NCBI RefSeq assembly: GCF_009914755.1
Contig: NC_060933.1
Strand: one strand, 5' to 3'
Length of the DNA stretch: 64,000 bases
Source of the DNA: the human T2T-CHM13v2.0 reference genome, Homo sapiens
Program-made: the position numbers and the translations under genes
Notes under the pieces: model-generated
Database searches by the model: none
What the model was told of the DNA's origin: nothing
Seen by the model: only the letters and a program-made list of their open reading frames with translations
In this document: one piece after another, positions 1 through 18,583 of the stretch
How the letters are laid out: every line of letters begins with the position of its first letter
How positions within the stretch are numbered: position 1 is the stretch's first letter

Positions 1-836
1 TAAGGCAGTCTCCTCCACTAAGATCAGAAAGTCTGCTTGACAACTTACCCCCATCAGCCAGTCTATTTCAACTGCTGCATAAATTGCAAGGCAGAAGAAC
101 AAGGCCAGGTGCTCAGAAATGCATCACTGTCTTAGAAAGAATACTGGCTCTCATTTATTGGGAATCTACTATGTGCCAGATACTACATTAGGTTTTATAG
201 TTTACATTTCAAGTTAGCTGCTATTTTATAGTTGAGGAAAGTAAGGCTGAGGGGTTAAATGGCTTGGTTGAGATGTCACCACTCCAAAAAAAATCATAAT
301 TCATATTCACTAAGTGCTTCCTATGTGCCAAATACTGTTTTTAAGCAATTACATGTTTTATCTCATTAACAGGTAAGAAGAAGTGGCTGAAAGGGTGCTA
401 ACTAACCTATTCACAAAGTCATGCAGCCACAGGGTAATGTATGCTAGCACTTTCCTCTGCACCACGCTGTCTCTTGCTACAGAGGTAAAGGAAATATCCC
501 CAGCTGTGCCTCTGGTCAATCAGCAGGGGCTCTCCAGTAAATAAGGAAGGACTGAGGCTTTGATCAGGGGTTGTTGCTACCTTTCTGTCTCCTGCACCAG
601 AAGAAACATCCATGTGCAAGACCAGGACCTGCAGGTCAAGGAAACAGCATCTCGATGGCCTGGCTGCACAGCCAGGAGTTGTCTAAGTGGACACTCCAAG
701 CACAGCCATACCTCTCTCTGCTGTGAAGCAGCACCTCCTCCATGCCACCCCTAAGACAGCTTTGCTTCCCTTTGTCATCAGGTCCCACATTGCCCATTGC
801 CTCTTTTACTGCCCAAGGAAAGCACAGTTCTGTAGC

Positions 837-839
<3 letters not shown>

Positions 840-877
<38 letters not shown>
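840..877. repeat. Poly(A)38 tract
   Basis: Direct count; no adjacent Alu. Confidence 0.95.
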
Positions 878-880
<3 letters not shown>

Positions 881-1853
881 AAATCTGAGTCTGGTTTAAA
901 CTCTAGAACTTTATCATTTCTTCTTTTGCCAAATAGAAAACAAACTGGTAGGCCTTTCAGCAAAGGCCAGCCAACTCCATCCCTCCCTAAACACCAAACG
1001 GAATAAAAAGCACTTCCCTGGAGCAGTGGCAGCCATTGGTCCATGATGGGGAGGAGTAATTTATCACTGACATTGTTTAGAACCACCGGCGCATGATAAT
1101 AATAAAATGCAGACCAGCTTTTATCGGCTTCATTATTGCTTCTACATTCTCTACAGACCATGCACATGCCATTACTGGCTGCACTCAGCCAGCTGCTCCC
1201 ACCAGCCTCTGTCCCCTTGCCAGGCCACTGCCTGGAAGGCTGCTCTGATGCTATGGCAGCCAATGCCTCAGTCAGAAAATGCCCACTCCCCAGATACCTC
1301 CTGGGTGGCACACAAGAAATTGCCTGGATACTTACCAGATCAGAGGTAAAGATTTCACTTTTTAAAGACAACAAGTTCAAATGCCCATCAGACTAATTGA
1401 AATGATTAGGGGAAAATGAATTGCATTCTCTTTTTAGAAAGAAGTGCTTAACTTTCACTTATCCATATCAACTTACAACTGTAATTGCTCTTATATGCAC
1501 AGAAATACTCTGTCTATAAATCCATTCACTGCAACCATATGGCCAACTTCAGAAAAAATGCAGTTGGCAGCAATCTGCACCCCTAGCTGTCCCTAAGGCC
1601 AAGTCTGTAGTATTCTTCCCTGGGGACTTTTCTTCTGTCTTCCCAGAGAAGATTAGTACATCACTGTCTGTGGCAACCAGCTCCCCTAGTTTCTTCACCA
1701 ATGCCTCCTGGAGAGGGGCCCCACAGGCCAGCCACCAAGGAGAAAAACCCCTTGGGGAAGATCTAATGGGAACAAGCCCCAGACACCTGGGCTACTCTCT
1801 TTCCCTGGTGCAGGTCAATTTCCAATTATAAACGGATGCAGAGAAGGTTTTTA

Positions 1854-2012
<159 letters not shown>

Positions 2013-2275
2013 CTAGGCCAACTGCCTCTGCTGCTTTACAGAAGTGACTGCCAAGTGCATAGAACTCAGCCTGGCTCCCAGGTCCTCCACAGGCTGGCCC
2101 TAACCCACTCCCATGGCTCCCCACACCCAGCTCCATTCATCACCATGTTCCCTCCCCCACCCATCATCACTGCCCCAAATGCCTTTCTCCATTGGTCTAC
2201 ACACCCAAATCTTACCACCCTTCAAGGCCCGGCTCATCATGCATGTGCACACACATGCATGCACACACATGCCCC

Positions 2276-2546
2276 CAGGGCCAACTTATCCATGAACCAC
2301 AGTAGGCTCAGTGGCCTGGGCCTGGGATACTCTTAAGGGCATATTAGAATGTTTTAATTTATTTTAAAAGCAGAATTAAAAGTTAATACACTAAAAATGT
2401 ATGAATAATCATGAATCTGGTCTGGATTATATTCATCTTTATACCAATGCAGTCATGAAATATAATTTTTAATATTTGTGTATGGAAGGGGCCCATGGAG
2501 GCTACAAAGCCAGTCTAGGGTCCATGAACATGACAGTGTGGCCCTG
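2276..2546. mobile_element. MER96B-like hAT DNA transposon
   Basis: Terminal inverted repeats cagggcca...tggccctg; degenerate 8-bp TSD catgcccc/cgtgccgc; AT-rich core with ctggattatattcatctttataccaa. Confidence 0.65.
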
Positions 2547-2969
2547 CGTGCCGCAGCTGCAGCTTCCTCAGGATTGTCCTGAGCCACATCCCATCGTCCT
2601 TACTCCGTCCTAACTCACATCACGGTCCTGTGCATTTGAAGAATCCTCAATGTCTCATTTGGGGGACACTTATTATGCCCATACTTATGTCCAGGCACTG
2701 AAGCCAGGAGCCAGGAATACAAAGGGAAGGGGCAGCATCCTGCTTTGCTCAGGGAGCTCACACTCAGGGGAGAAAGACCTGCAGACATTGTAGTCTGATG
2801 GGGCAGTGACAGAGGTGAGAGAGGTGACCTGATGCAGAGAAGACAGAACTCCCCTAGCCTTGGCTGTCAGCTTCTTATGGGCAAGGACCCTTCCAGCATG
2901 CATCTTTGTGCCAGCCCCTACCCTCTAGCTCCTAGAGCCAGCCCATTCAGATGCACGTCTGCTGCATGA

Positions 2970-3080
2970 TATCATTAACAACATATAGTATATTCCAAAA
3001 TAGCTAGCAGACAGGACTTGAAATGTTCACAACATACAGAAATGATAAATACTCGAGGTGATGGATACCCCAAATACCCC
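2970..3080 (+). mobile_element. L1MA-type 3'UTR fragment
   Basis: aaaatagctag...ttgaaatgttcacaacatacagaaatgataaat...gaggtgatggatacccc. Confidence 0.65.
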
Positions 3081-3245
3081 AAATTCTCCAAAATTCTCCC
3101 TTCCCTCATTCTGCAGACTCTATCACACAAGCATTTACAAAAACAACTTCACTTAAATCCAGCCATTCAAAATTCTCCAGAGGACAAGAAAGGAAGGAAA
3201 AGGATTAACTGACAAGTTTGGAAAGAAAACCTGATCTGATACTTA

Positions 3246-3458
<213 letters not shown>

Positions 3459-3739
3459 TTATACAATGCTTCATGCCAAGTCTGTCCGTCCCATTCCCCA
3501 CATCCCAGAGACCTGTCTCTTCTGAATAAAACTGACTCTCAGGTGGAAACTTGGCCTCACATGCCATTCTTAATCTAGTGGACATCATCTGTAGAATGGG
3601 GTTCATGATACCAGCGTTGGAGAAGTGATGAGAGGGGTCCTAAGCAGAAAGTCCCTGGCATCCTTAGTTCCTCTTTGACAGCCAGCCTCAGCTCTCAGAC
3701 ATAGAGGGGACTTGGGGATGCCCTAAGCCTATTTTTTCA

Positions 3740-4080
<341 letters not shown>

Positions 4081-4709
4081 AGATAAAGTGACTGACAAAG
4101 AACACTCGCAAAGTCAGCTGGCGTGACTGGGAGTAGAACCCCCATCTCCATGGTCCCAATCCAAGCCTCTTCCTCACACCTGCGGTTAGATTGGAATTTA
4201 GCTCATCTCAAACCCCTCTGGTACTCTCCTCCATCTGCCAAACATTTGTCAGTTTCACCTCCTCTGCCAGCTACAAAGCTCCTCAAGGGCACCTGAAAAA
4301 CACACAGGCTTGGGGTCTGATGTCATCTGTGAAGCTTCGGGGGTTTTGTTGTTATTATTGTTGTTTTGTCACTAATTAAAACAATGAGGCCCCATGCACT
4401 AGGTCATCCTCTTGCTCTCCTCTTTCTTTCTTACAATGAGCTTCTTACCAAAAGGATGATGGGACATATTTGGGCTTGGTCCTAGGATTCGGTCTGGCAC
4501 AGTTTGGTTTGCGGCCGTAATACATGGATGCTGCTTATGAGGATCAAGATTAATAGGCCCTGGACGAGGGGCTCTTAACCCAAGGACCTGTTCAGGTATG
4601 GACAGAAAGGCCAGAGCTCCTGCTTCTATCATATTCTCAGGGCTATTTGTGACCCCAAAAGAGTTCACAGTTATCAAGAACCACAGCTCTAGGTGGTGAA
4701 GAACAAGTA

Positions 4710-4940
4710 GCTTCACAGGCTTTGGAGTCAAACCAATTGGAATTCACATCCAGTCCCTGCAGCTTGCTAAGCAGTGACTTTAGCCAAGTCATTGACCCCA
4801 TACCCTCAGTTTTCTCATCTGTAAAATGGTGATAAAAGTACAATTAACTTCACAGAGCTGTGGTGAGCATCGCATGAGACCTTGCAGGCAAAGCGTTTTT
4901 GCAGAGTGCCTGGTGTAGGACAAAGACTCAACAAATGAGC
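4710..4940 (+). mobile_element. MIR
   Basis: ggctttggagtcaaac...ctcagttttctcatctgtaaaatgg core. Confidence 0.7.
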
Positions 4941-5760
4941 CTATGAGGATTTTCCAGGCACTGTGGGAGTGAATCTACCCCAGCACTTACTCTGCTGTTG
5001 CCCAGCAGGAACACTCCTTCCATCTCACAGCTACCACCTCCCTCCAAAGTGGGAACCTTGTTTTATTCATCTTTTTATTTTCATGCAAATGGGCTGAGAA
5101 GTTAATCCAAAGTCAGGACTTGCTGCACTTTGCATTTCAATATAGGGTCTTTCTTTCTTTTCTATCCATACTCCAACCAGAGAGGCAACACCCAAAGCAA
5201 GGATGTGATAAGATCTGATCACTGTGGCCACCCTCTGCAGGGACTCTGGCCTATTGAACATTTACACAGTTAATCTCCCTATCTTCCTGTTAATAGTTCA
5301 AGGAAAACCAAACAAGGCCCCTTGCCTAAGTCAGCTGCTCTTCATTCAGGGAGATTTATGTAACCCAACCAAATACTCAAAGGACCAAAAGATTCTCCCC
5401 TTTCAATGCCAGGAGACACTGGCACTGTAGACAGACTGGCATAGGTGAAAAGCAGCACAGGGCAGTGATGGTGAAGGTATTTCAGGTTATCCCTTAGCAG
5501 GGGTGGCAAAGGCCCTTCCTTGTACGTTGTGCCCCATCCTATTTGCAAACAAAAGTAGGATCAGGACTAGGCAGTGGGTGTACAGGAAGACAAGTAAATA
5601 ATATAATGGGCTCTCAGGACCCAGGGAAGTTTTTAAGACCTTGATAACTCTGGTTTGAACTGGGGAAGATTTACAGAGAATTTCAAACCAGTCCTTTGTT
5701 CCTAGGGACAAGACACCTCTCCAAGTTTCACCTTAACTTTTAACTCTGCTCTTCCAACTA

Positions 5761-6109
<349 letters not shown>

Positions 6110-6528
6110 AAGAAGTGCATAGATGTAAGGAAAAGTCTCATTTACCATCAGTATATACAAGAATTTCAGAACTTTTCTGAAAATTTATGATCTGGAGTCA
6201 GAGGAATCTAGGTTAAAACTCAACAATCTGCCCAAGATCACAACCTCGGTGAAGGGCAGAGGCAGGATACAAACAAACCCCAACTTGTCTGATGCCGAAG
6301 ACATTTGCTATTTCCACTACACCATCTTGCCTGCTTGTAATCATTCCAGAAAATCATTCGTCTAGTAGATGAAAAAACTGAGTTTGCCCTTGAAACTTAT
6401 ACTTCAGTGGTGCTTGGCATAATGCTTAAATAAAATCTAAAATGTATTTGCTCATCAATCAAAAAAATCTCTTTGGGGTTCCAAAAGAGAAAACAGAATT
6501 ATCTCACAGGCATATAAATTGCATATAA

Positions 6529-6819
<291 letters not shown>

Positions 6820-6876
6820 CGCTCTTTTCTTTTTTGATGAAATCAGGAAATCACGTCTCAGAAAATGTTTCTTGAG

Positions 6877-6878
<2 letters not shown>

Positions 6879-6910
<32 letters not shown>
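6879..6910. repeat. (GT)16 microsatellite
   Basis: Direct reading. Confidence 0.95.
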
Positions 6911-6912
<2 letters not shown>

Positions 6913-7916
6913 AATATGACTATGTGTGATGTGCATTAGAAAATCAGCAAGTAAATAACTGTTGCTATATATTGTGAGAAAGATGGGACCAGGCCAAGAA
7001 ACACAATTAAAAGGTGGCCCTGGCCCCACTGCTTTCCTGGAAGAACAGTATCTCATAAGCTTGTGGGTCTCGTAGGGGTATGGACTGAGCTGCTTAGTGG
7101 TAGGAAAAATCACTAGGGCAGTGAAACTGAAGTCCCAGCTACATTTCCCAGCTACGTAAATGTTGATCCTTTAGATCTGGCCATTTCTGCAGTGTCAATC
7201 CACCCACTGAGCCCAGCCCTAAGAGAAAGACTGTGATTGTAAGATGATACACTGACAATAATAATATGAGGTAGGTATTACTATTCTCTGTTTAAAAGAA
7301 ACTTAAATCACTTGTCCAAGGTCATATGCTTAGTGAATGCTGACACCAGAATTCATACCCAGATAACCTGACATCTGGAGCCTGTGTTGTTAGCCACTAC
7401 TGTATTTTCTATGCTCACTGTAAAGGCTGTTATCAAAATACATGATTGACAGATGATCTGAGTTCTATTCAAGGTTGTTATGAGAATAAAATAAAATAAT
7501 ATTAGTAAAACTGAGAAGTTCTACACAAATGCTGCTTAAAATTCTGTGTTCCATGATTTGCAATGTGTGATTAAGACATCATGCATATGGAAAAGACTAG
7601 GTGTTAAGGCATTATCTTAAATGTGCTTTTAATCACCACTTTCTAAAATTATCAGTAAGGTTATTCTATTTTCATGATTTAAAATGTGTAAAAGAGATGT
7701 TGTCTACTGTTATAATTACAATTATCACCATTCACTAGGACTGAAAACAGTCTCCTGAGTTCATGCCTTATCAACAAATTAGAAGCCTAGGTTTTCTGAT
7801 CCAAAGCATGTGTGATGTTTCCCAAAGACAGCATCTTTGGAAAAGTCCAATTTAGCCCACGTTAATTGCCTGGATTTTCCCTGCCATTGGTGAGTCTCAG
7901 GCAACATCCACAGTTA

Positions 7917-8114
<198 letters not shown>

Positions 8115-9050
8115 TTAATCAACTTCTCCAGTCTCTCCCACCACTCTCTAAGCTTTAACAGAACTGTTTGGAGTCCCAACCTTTTAACATACCATTCCAT
8201 ATACCTCTGTGTCTTCCCTTAGGTAAGGGAAGATGCTTCCTATCGTGCTTTATCTGGTTCACTTCTATTCATTCTTCAGGATTCATCGTGGCATAATTTC
8301 CTTTACTAAAATCTCAGCCTGAGCTAGAAGCCCTCCTCCTGTGCTACTCCAGTAACCCAGGCACACTCCTCCTGTAGCATTTTCCTGGAGCTCCTGAAAT
8401 CATCTGTTTCTGTTGCTGGCTTCCTCAGCACATTGAGCACTCTGAAAGCAGGCACCCATCTGTCTGCATTCCCAGCCTTAGCATAGTGCCAGGTATGTGG
8501 TGACTATGTTGAGAGGAGAGGACCAGGCCAACCTGCTGTGCTAAATACACACAACCCTTGCTCCTCTAATTGCACACAAAGCTGCTCCCTATGGGGCAGA
8601 GAAGAGGGCTCTCAAAGACAATGAAAATTCACACATAGTTCCATATTGACCTGTGTGCACTCAGGACTGTAAAGAGAGAGTGCAAAGTCCTTCCCCATCT
8701 GTCCAGGTCTGGTCATCATCTTCTCCGATGAGTTAAAAAGATCATTGAACTTCTAAACAAGCATGATACACTGGTTAAAACAATGAGGTTTCTCCAAAGG
8801 AAAACCCTGCCTCAGTGAGTTACCAGGCGATAAATTAGCAGACGGACAAGATGGAAATCACTAGACACAATATAATTGAGCCAGTAGTGTTCAGACAACT
8901 AGTTACACTGCCTGAAGTCTATCACCTCTCCCATTCCTTTCATTTCTATATTCCAACGTTGTAATCAAGATAAACACCAAAGAGCCCAAAAGAGTCACAG
9001 GGCCTTGTGTTTCAGAGTAATTATAACTTACAACTGTGGCTTCAGAGTCA

Positions 9051-9583
<533 letters not shown>

Positions 9584-10103
9584 AAAGCAGAAATTTTTTC
9601 TTGATCTTCAAGTCCTTATATTTTTATGGAAAATTTGAAAATAAAAAAATACAGAAAAGTTTAAAAAGGTAAATATAAATCACCTTAATCCTACCTCCCA
9701 GAGACAATCCCTAGTAAACTGAAGTAACAATGGATCTCTGTTAACATCTTTTGTCTTTTTTCATGCATACATAAATAATATTTTTTCTCTACAATATTGA
9801 GACTATGCAGCATATATACTTTTGTATTCTGTTTTTTCATTTAACATCATACTGGGAGAGCATTTCCCATGACATAAAATATAATCTTAAAACATGTCCT
9901 GTAATGTCTACTTGATATTCCACTCTATGAATAGATCATAATTGAACCTTTCTGCTAGGTGCTCGTGCTTCAGATTGTTTTGGGTGTTTTTATTTATTTA
10001 TTTATTTGTTGTTTTATTTCTGATATTTTTAAAAAACTGTTTTTTATTTCCAAAGACCTTTGATATGGTTCTACATTAAACTCTTTTAAAAAATCTTTTT
10101 GGC

Positions 10104-10825
<722 letters not shown>

Positions 10826-11960
10826 TTAATACTTTCCTGTCTTTTCTAAATTTTCCACAATGAGCATGTATAAATTATCTCATGGAACAAAAAAACACTG
10901 TTACCATAAAACTATCAAGAATAGTTTGCATAGACGGCACAACAGAATGAAAAATAAAGGCAAATGGATCCCTCTCTGGAAGAAAGCATGCTGACAGTGG
11001 AGTACTCAAGACCAAAGATGGGGCTGGTCTTGCTAATATTTCTGTAAATAATCCCAAAGAGGCAACATACTCAAATTTCCAAGCTTGGGAATGACATTCA
11101 GCCTTTTCTTTTTTTTTAATAGCAAACACCTTTTTATTCTGTAGCTTATTTTTTAAGTTGAGATATACATATATATCACATTGCATATCTTAAAGATATA
11201 CAATTTTTATTTGTCAATTATACCTCAATAAAGCTGGGGGTGGGGGTGGGGAAGAAAGCAATTTTCTTTCTGCCAAAGAACAAAACCATGACTCTATGAA
11301 AATGAACTTTTCTCCCAGCTGAGCCAGGACTCCCTCATCTCAATTTCCCCAGGTACTTTGTGTCTGTATCAGCACTTGGTACACCAGGGACCCTATTTAT
11401 ATATAAGCTTCTCCCTTAGGGTCACTTTCTTCTTACTAAGCCTACCACATGATAATGGCTTTAAAAATGTTTGGTGAGTAAATGAGCTGGTTTAAAAGAT
11501 AATGAACACGGAAATATAAATCAGTTGAGCCCTTTGGGAAAGCAATGTTAACAATACGTATTCAAGAGTCATGTTTATCCCATTTGCCCAATTACTATTC
11601 CTGGAAATTCATCCTAGGAAACTGAACTTAAGATATCAAAAAGCTATATGCATAAAGTTATTCATTCATTGAAACATTATAATTGCAAAATATTGGAAAC
11701 AACTTAATTGCATAGCAATAGGGAAATGATTCAATTATGGTACATGTACTCAACAATATATCATGCCATCATCAGAATAATGTTTATGAAACACAGAAAT
11801 CATTAGCCATGTAATATTAAGTGAAAAAAGCAGAATACAAAATTATATGCCATTCCAAGCTTGTAGCTGAATAAAATCACTTATAAATATTAACAAAGAC
11901 AGGAATACAACTTTCCTTTTAAATGGCATGACTGTAAATAAATTTAGAAAATACTTATGA

Positions 11961-12379
<419 letters not shown>

Positions 12380-13274
12380 TTAAGGATAAATAGTAGCTAC
12401 TGTTTATTTAGGGCCCAATATGTACAAGGCACATTTTATATTAATTACTTAATTTAATCCTCAGGACAACCCTGTGAGATAGGAAACATTATTGTCTTGA
12501 TTTTATATGTAGCAAGGCTAAGGCTGGAGGAAGGGTAAATCACAGAGATAGTCAGTAGCGGGGTTGAGATGAGCAGCCAATTCTACCCAACTCAGGAGGC
12601 CACATGACATTCTATTTGACACCACGGGTGACTCAGGTAGGAAATGGCCCCACTAGGTGGAATGGTCTAGAAATATCAACAGGATCCAGAGAGGTAAAAT
12701 TAATTCACAGCTTGTAGATTTATAATACTTACAGCCAATATTGGGCAGCTACTGTGTACTCAAGACGTTTTGTGTATCTCATCTCCAGTATTTAATTCAT
12801 AATAACCCTGTGAGGTAGGTTGTATCATTACCGTTTTAGAAGTGAAGAAACTGAGGTTTGAACAAGTTACGAGCCATAAGAAACTGCACCAATGTTTGAA
12901 CCCAGATCTACTGACACTTAAGTGTGTGCTTTTGTACCCATCATGCTGCCATCACAAAGCTATGTTTAGGACATATACCTTTTAAGATATGCCACTTAAA
13001 AGAAACCTAGCACTTGCCAGCCCTGCTGAGCACTGATCTGACCCAATTAATCAAGGCTTATGTTCCTGGATATCTCTGCAGCCCCCATATCTAGGATCCT
13101 GTAGGGCAGCAGATGCTCAAAATATGTTGGTTGACTGAAAAAAATGAATGGATCTTCCCCATGGCAACTGACAGCAAAGGGCAAACAAAAAATCTTACAA
13201 GCCATTTGGAGCAGCTGAAGCTGGTGAGTGTAAGCAGATCAGGAAAAGAGGTTAAAAAAAATTGATGATGATAA

Positions 13275-13480
13275 TAATAATGAAAGGTCTTACTATGTAC
13301 CAGGGTTGTGAGTGCTTTATACACATTAACTCATTTAATCATCAAACAATCCAATTAGTACTCTTGTTATACACATTTTACAGAAGAGGAAGCTGAGATT
13401 CAAAGAGTTAATACACTGCCCAATGGTCCAAGATTGGCAAATGGCAGAGCCAAGATTCAAAGCCACTCTGACTGAAGGGC
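13275..13480 (-). mobile_element. MIR
   Basis: ctcatttaatcatca...cattttacagaagaggaagctgag...gcagagccaagattcaaagcc. Confidence 0.7.
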
Positions 13481-14143
13481 TCCTTCTCTTCGCCATTATG
13501 GACCCCAACCTCCTTATGCACTTTGCCTTCACTTACCAGAGCATACAGACACCTGCTCTCTCAAAGCCCTTGCTGAGCTGGGAGACTAGCATGTATGAGT
13601 GAATTAAAGAGACTGTCTGCAAAGTTCACACCACCTGAGCCAGAGAACTCATGAGAGACAAAATTTAATCTTTGCCCTTTTATCTTGGACCTCTAAAATT
13701 CTTCCCATCATTGAACCTAGAACTCACCTTCCAAACCCAGGGGAATGTTCCAGGTATTTCTTTTCATAATAGCCTCCCTCTAGAAACCAAAGTTGACTTC
13801 TGCCAGGATATGCCATTATGGCTACACTCATTAATAAAATCAGATTTCTCCTCCTTCTCTAAGCTTAGCACTTTTCCTAAACATAAACCCTCATAAATAG
13901 CTTGGAAATGAAGTTGATCCTTTACCATTATAAATTCCTACAGAAAACTCTTCTAAATCTTGCTTTGGTGCCTACCCACCCAACCCCACACCTCCCCATG
14001 GGGTGGGAAGATGGGAAGAAACATTGTTTTTAAAAGGCGTTTCTCACCAAAGTCAAAGCTGCTCCAAGAGTACCGAAGCACCACTTTGCACTTCCCATCT
14101 TGCTATTTCAACATGGGGATAATATGAGCAGGCACTGCTAGAG

Positions 14144-14375
14144 CAGATTTTCTTGATAGTGACCCTACTGACATTTGGGGCCAGATAGGTGTTGTGAGAG
14201 ACTCTCCTATGAATTCTACGAAGTTCAGCAGCATCCCTGACCTCAACCTCTAAATATCAGCACATACATTCCCAGGATTGTGACAACCAAAAATATCTCC
14301 AGATGTTATGTCCCTGGTGGAAGGGTGAGGGTGGGGTGGGGTAGGGGGATAACCGGCCCCGGTCGAGAACCACTG
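14144..14375. mobile_element. MER20 (hAT-Charlie) inserted in a MIR
   Basis: actgacatttggggcc...cagcagcatccctg...gtgacaaccaaaaatatctccaga...gagaaccactg; flanks tgctagag/ctctagag. Confidence 0.8.
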
Positions 14376-14929
14376 CTCTAGAGTTATTATGAGAATTAAA
14401 TGTATTTCACATAGAAGGCTTAGCACAGAGTCTAGTACTTATCATCATGTTATTCAATATGCATCAAACCACTCTTGAATCATCATTCATAGTTATGCCA
14501 ACATCTCCCACACTACAGATGTTCACTGTCCACTTGATTATTCATGCCTGACTTTTGCTGCTGGCTGCCGAAGTTCATAGACCACAATCCAGTCACTCTG
14601 TGAACCCATTTCCCTCCCTAGCCTGAGGACACAGTCACGGTGCTCTTAAATTCTTGAGATTTAGCCACGTTAATTCAAGGTTAGGGCAGCGCAAGGGCCA
14701 TGTACAAAGAACAGAGAAAACTAGCAGAATAAAATTGGGCCTTAGGCAAGAGGCTTCTGAATCATGGTAGCCAAAATAATGCACTCCGCGCTGAAAAATG
14801 AAGTCGCTATTTCTTAGTATTGAGAGATTCTTGAGAATATAATGGGGGATAAAAAAAGGAAACAAGAAGAATAAACATCAGAAAGGAAGAGATGAAAATA
14901 TCCTTTCTGTTTCTGGCATGGTCGTAAAT

Positions 14930-16360
<1,431 letters not shown>

Positions 16361-16391
16361 CAGGAATGTCAAAGGCATCATCCCACAGTAG

Positions 16392-16733
<342 letters not shown>

Positions 16734-17091
16734 TAACAATACTCTCTTCATCTGTGAAACAGAAATTGCAACGCATACACCTCAGAATTGCTGTGAGAAT
16801 CAAGAAAGTAATGGATATCAAAGTATTACTTTCAAAACTATAAAACACAGCCTACACATCAGAAATCATTATTCTAAATCAGAAGATGATTTAGAAATAT
16901 GTGAACACGCACACTAAATAATGTTAAATGAAAGAAGAAAACAGCATAAAATGGTCCATGTATATGTAATGATTACAATTGCTTTCTTGGGCCTTTGTCA
17001 TTCAAGTTCCCTCTATCCCAAGAGTCACCAGACAATGTGGCCTGACTACCTCAGGGAATCCTCTTGCACATAAAATAAAATTAAATTCTCA

Positions 17092-17373
17092 GGGGGCACT
17101 GTGGGTCACGCCTGTAATCCCAGCACTTTGGGAAGCCGAGGTAGGAGGATCACAAGGTCAGGAGTTTCAGACCAGCCTGGCCAATATGGTGAAACCGCAT
17201 CTCTATAAAAATACAAAAATTAGCTGGGCATGGTGGTGGGCGTCTGTAATCCCAGCTACTAGGAGGCTGAGGCAGGAGAATCGCTTGAAACCAGGAGGCA
17301 AAAGTTGCAGTGAGCCGAGATTGCTCCACTGCACTCCAGCCTGGGCGACAGAACTAGACTCCGTCTTGAAAAA

Positions 17374-17420
<47 letters not shown>

Positions 17421-17421
17421 A
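17092..17421 (+). mobile_element. Alu (AluSg-like) with a (TAAA)n tail
   Basis: Dimer; TSD aaattaaattctc. Confidence 0.95.
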
Positions 17422-17479
17422 TATTAAATTAAATTCTCCTTCCCCAGGAGAATTGGCCCTAAATGATCTGGTCATGTCT

Positions 17480-17935
17480 ACTACCAACTCATCCCCCGCC
17501 AGTCTTATTCACTCCACCAGTGCCACTGGCTTTCTTCTGTTCCCTGACCTAGGGGACAGGCACCCCCAGTCTCTCTGCCTGGAATGGATTTCCCTATCTC
17601 TAAGCCTCTGATCTTTGCCTGGCTAACCATTGCTTGAACTTCAGGGCTCTCAGCTTTAATGTGACAACCTGTCAATCTAAATGAAATCCCTACCCACACC
17701 TGCTAGTATCTAACACCAGTACCATAGTTTGCCGGATTTTTTCCTTCATAATCCTCATCACAGTTGATAGTTATATTTTTATTTGTGTGATGATATGTTT
17801 CACATCTGCTGGCCTCACTGAACTGTAAGCTCTACGAAAGCAGTACTCATGCCCAGCTGCTTCACCACTATATACCCAGCTAACCATACCACAAGTAATA
17901 GATGCTTAATAGATATTTATCCAAATGAAACAATA
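17480..17935 (+). mobile_element. L2 3' end
   Basis: cactgaactgtaagctc...cttcaccactatatacccagc...gcttaatagatattt. Confidence 0.6.
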
Positions 17936-18211
17936 AATGTCTATTTGTTTTAACTTTCTTCATTCCGTAGAAGAGAAAACTAAAGCTCTGGAGAAAGGAG
18001 TTTTCCTAGGCCACTGAGGCAGATGGTGGCCAAGCTGGGATTGGAATCATGACCACTGCTGCCGGCCCAGGAGTAAGGACAGGGAAGAAATGTGTCAGGT
18101 GAAACTAGAAGTGGGGAAAGGATGCAGAGAGTTTCCATCTACTCTGTAAAATTCTCTAAAAGCTCATAAATGAGGAGTTTTAATTTTTGGATAGTTCATT
18201 CTTTTTCATTA

Positions 18212-18583
<372 letters not shown>

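Noticed and set aside
840-877. Orphan poly(A) as a retrocopy tail
   Set aside because: No target-site duplication or upstream retro-element body is visible.
838-1380. 180-aa minus-strand ORF in intron 5
   Set aside because: Non-ATG start, ends in poly-Phe from the A tract, and has no recognisable domain; likely a chance ORF.
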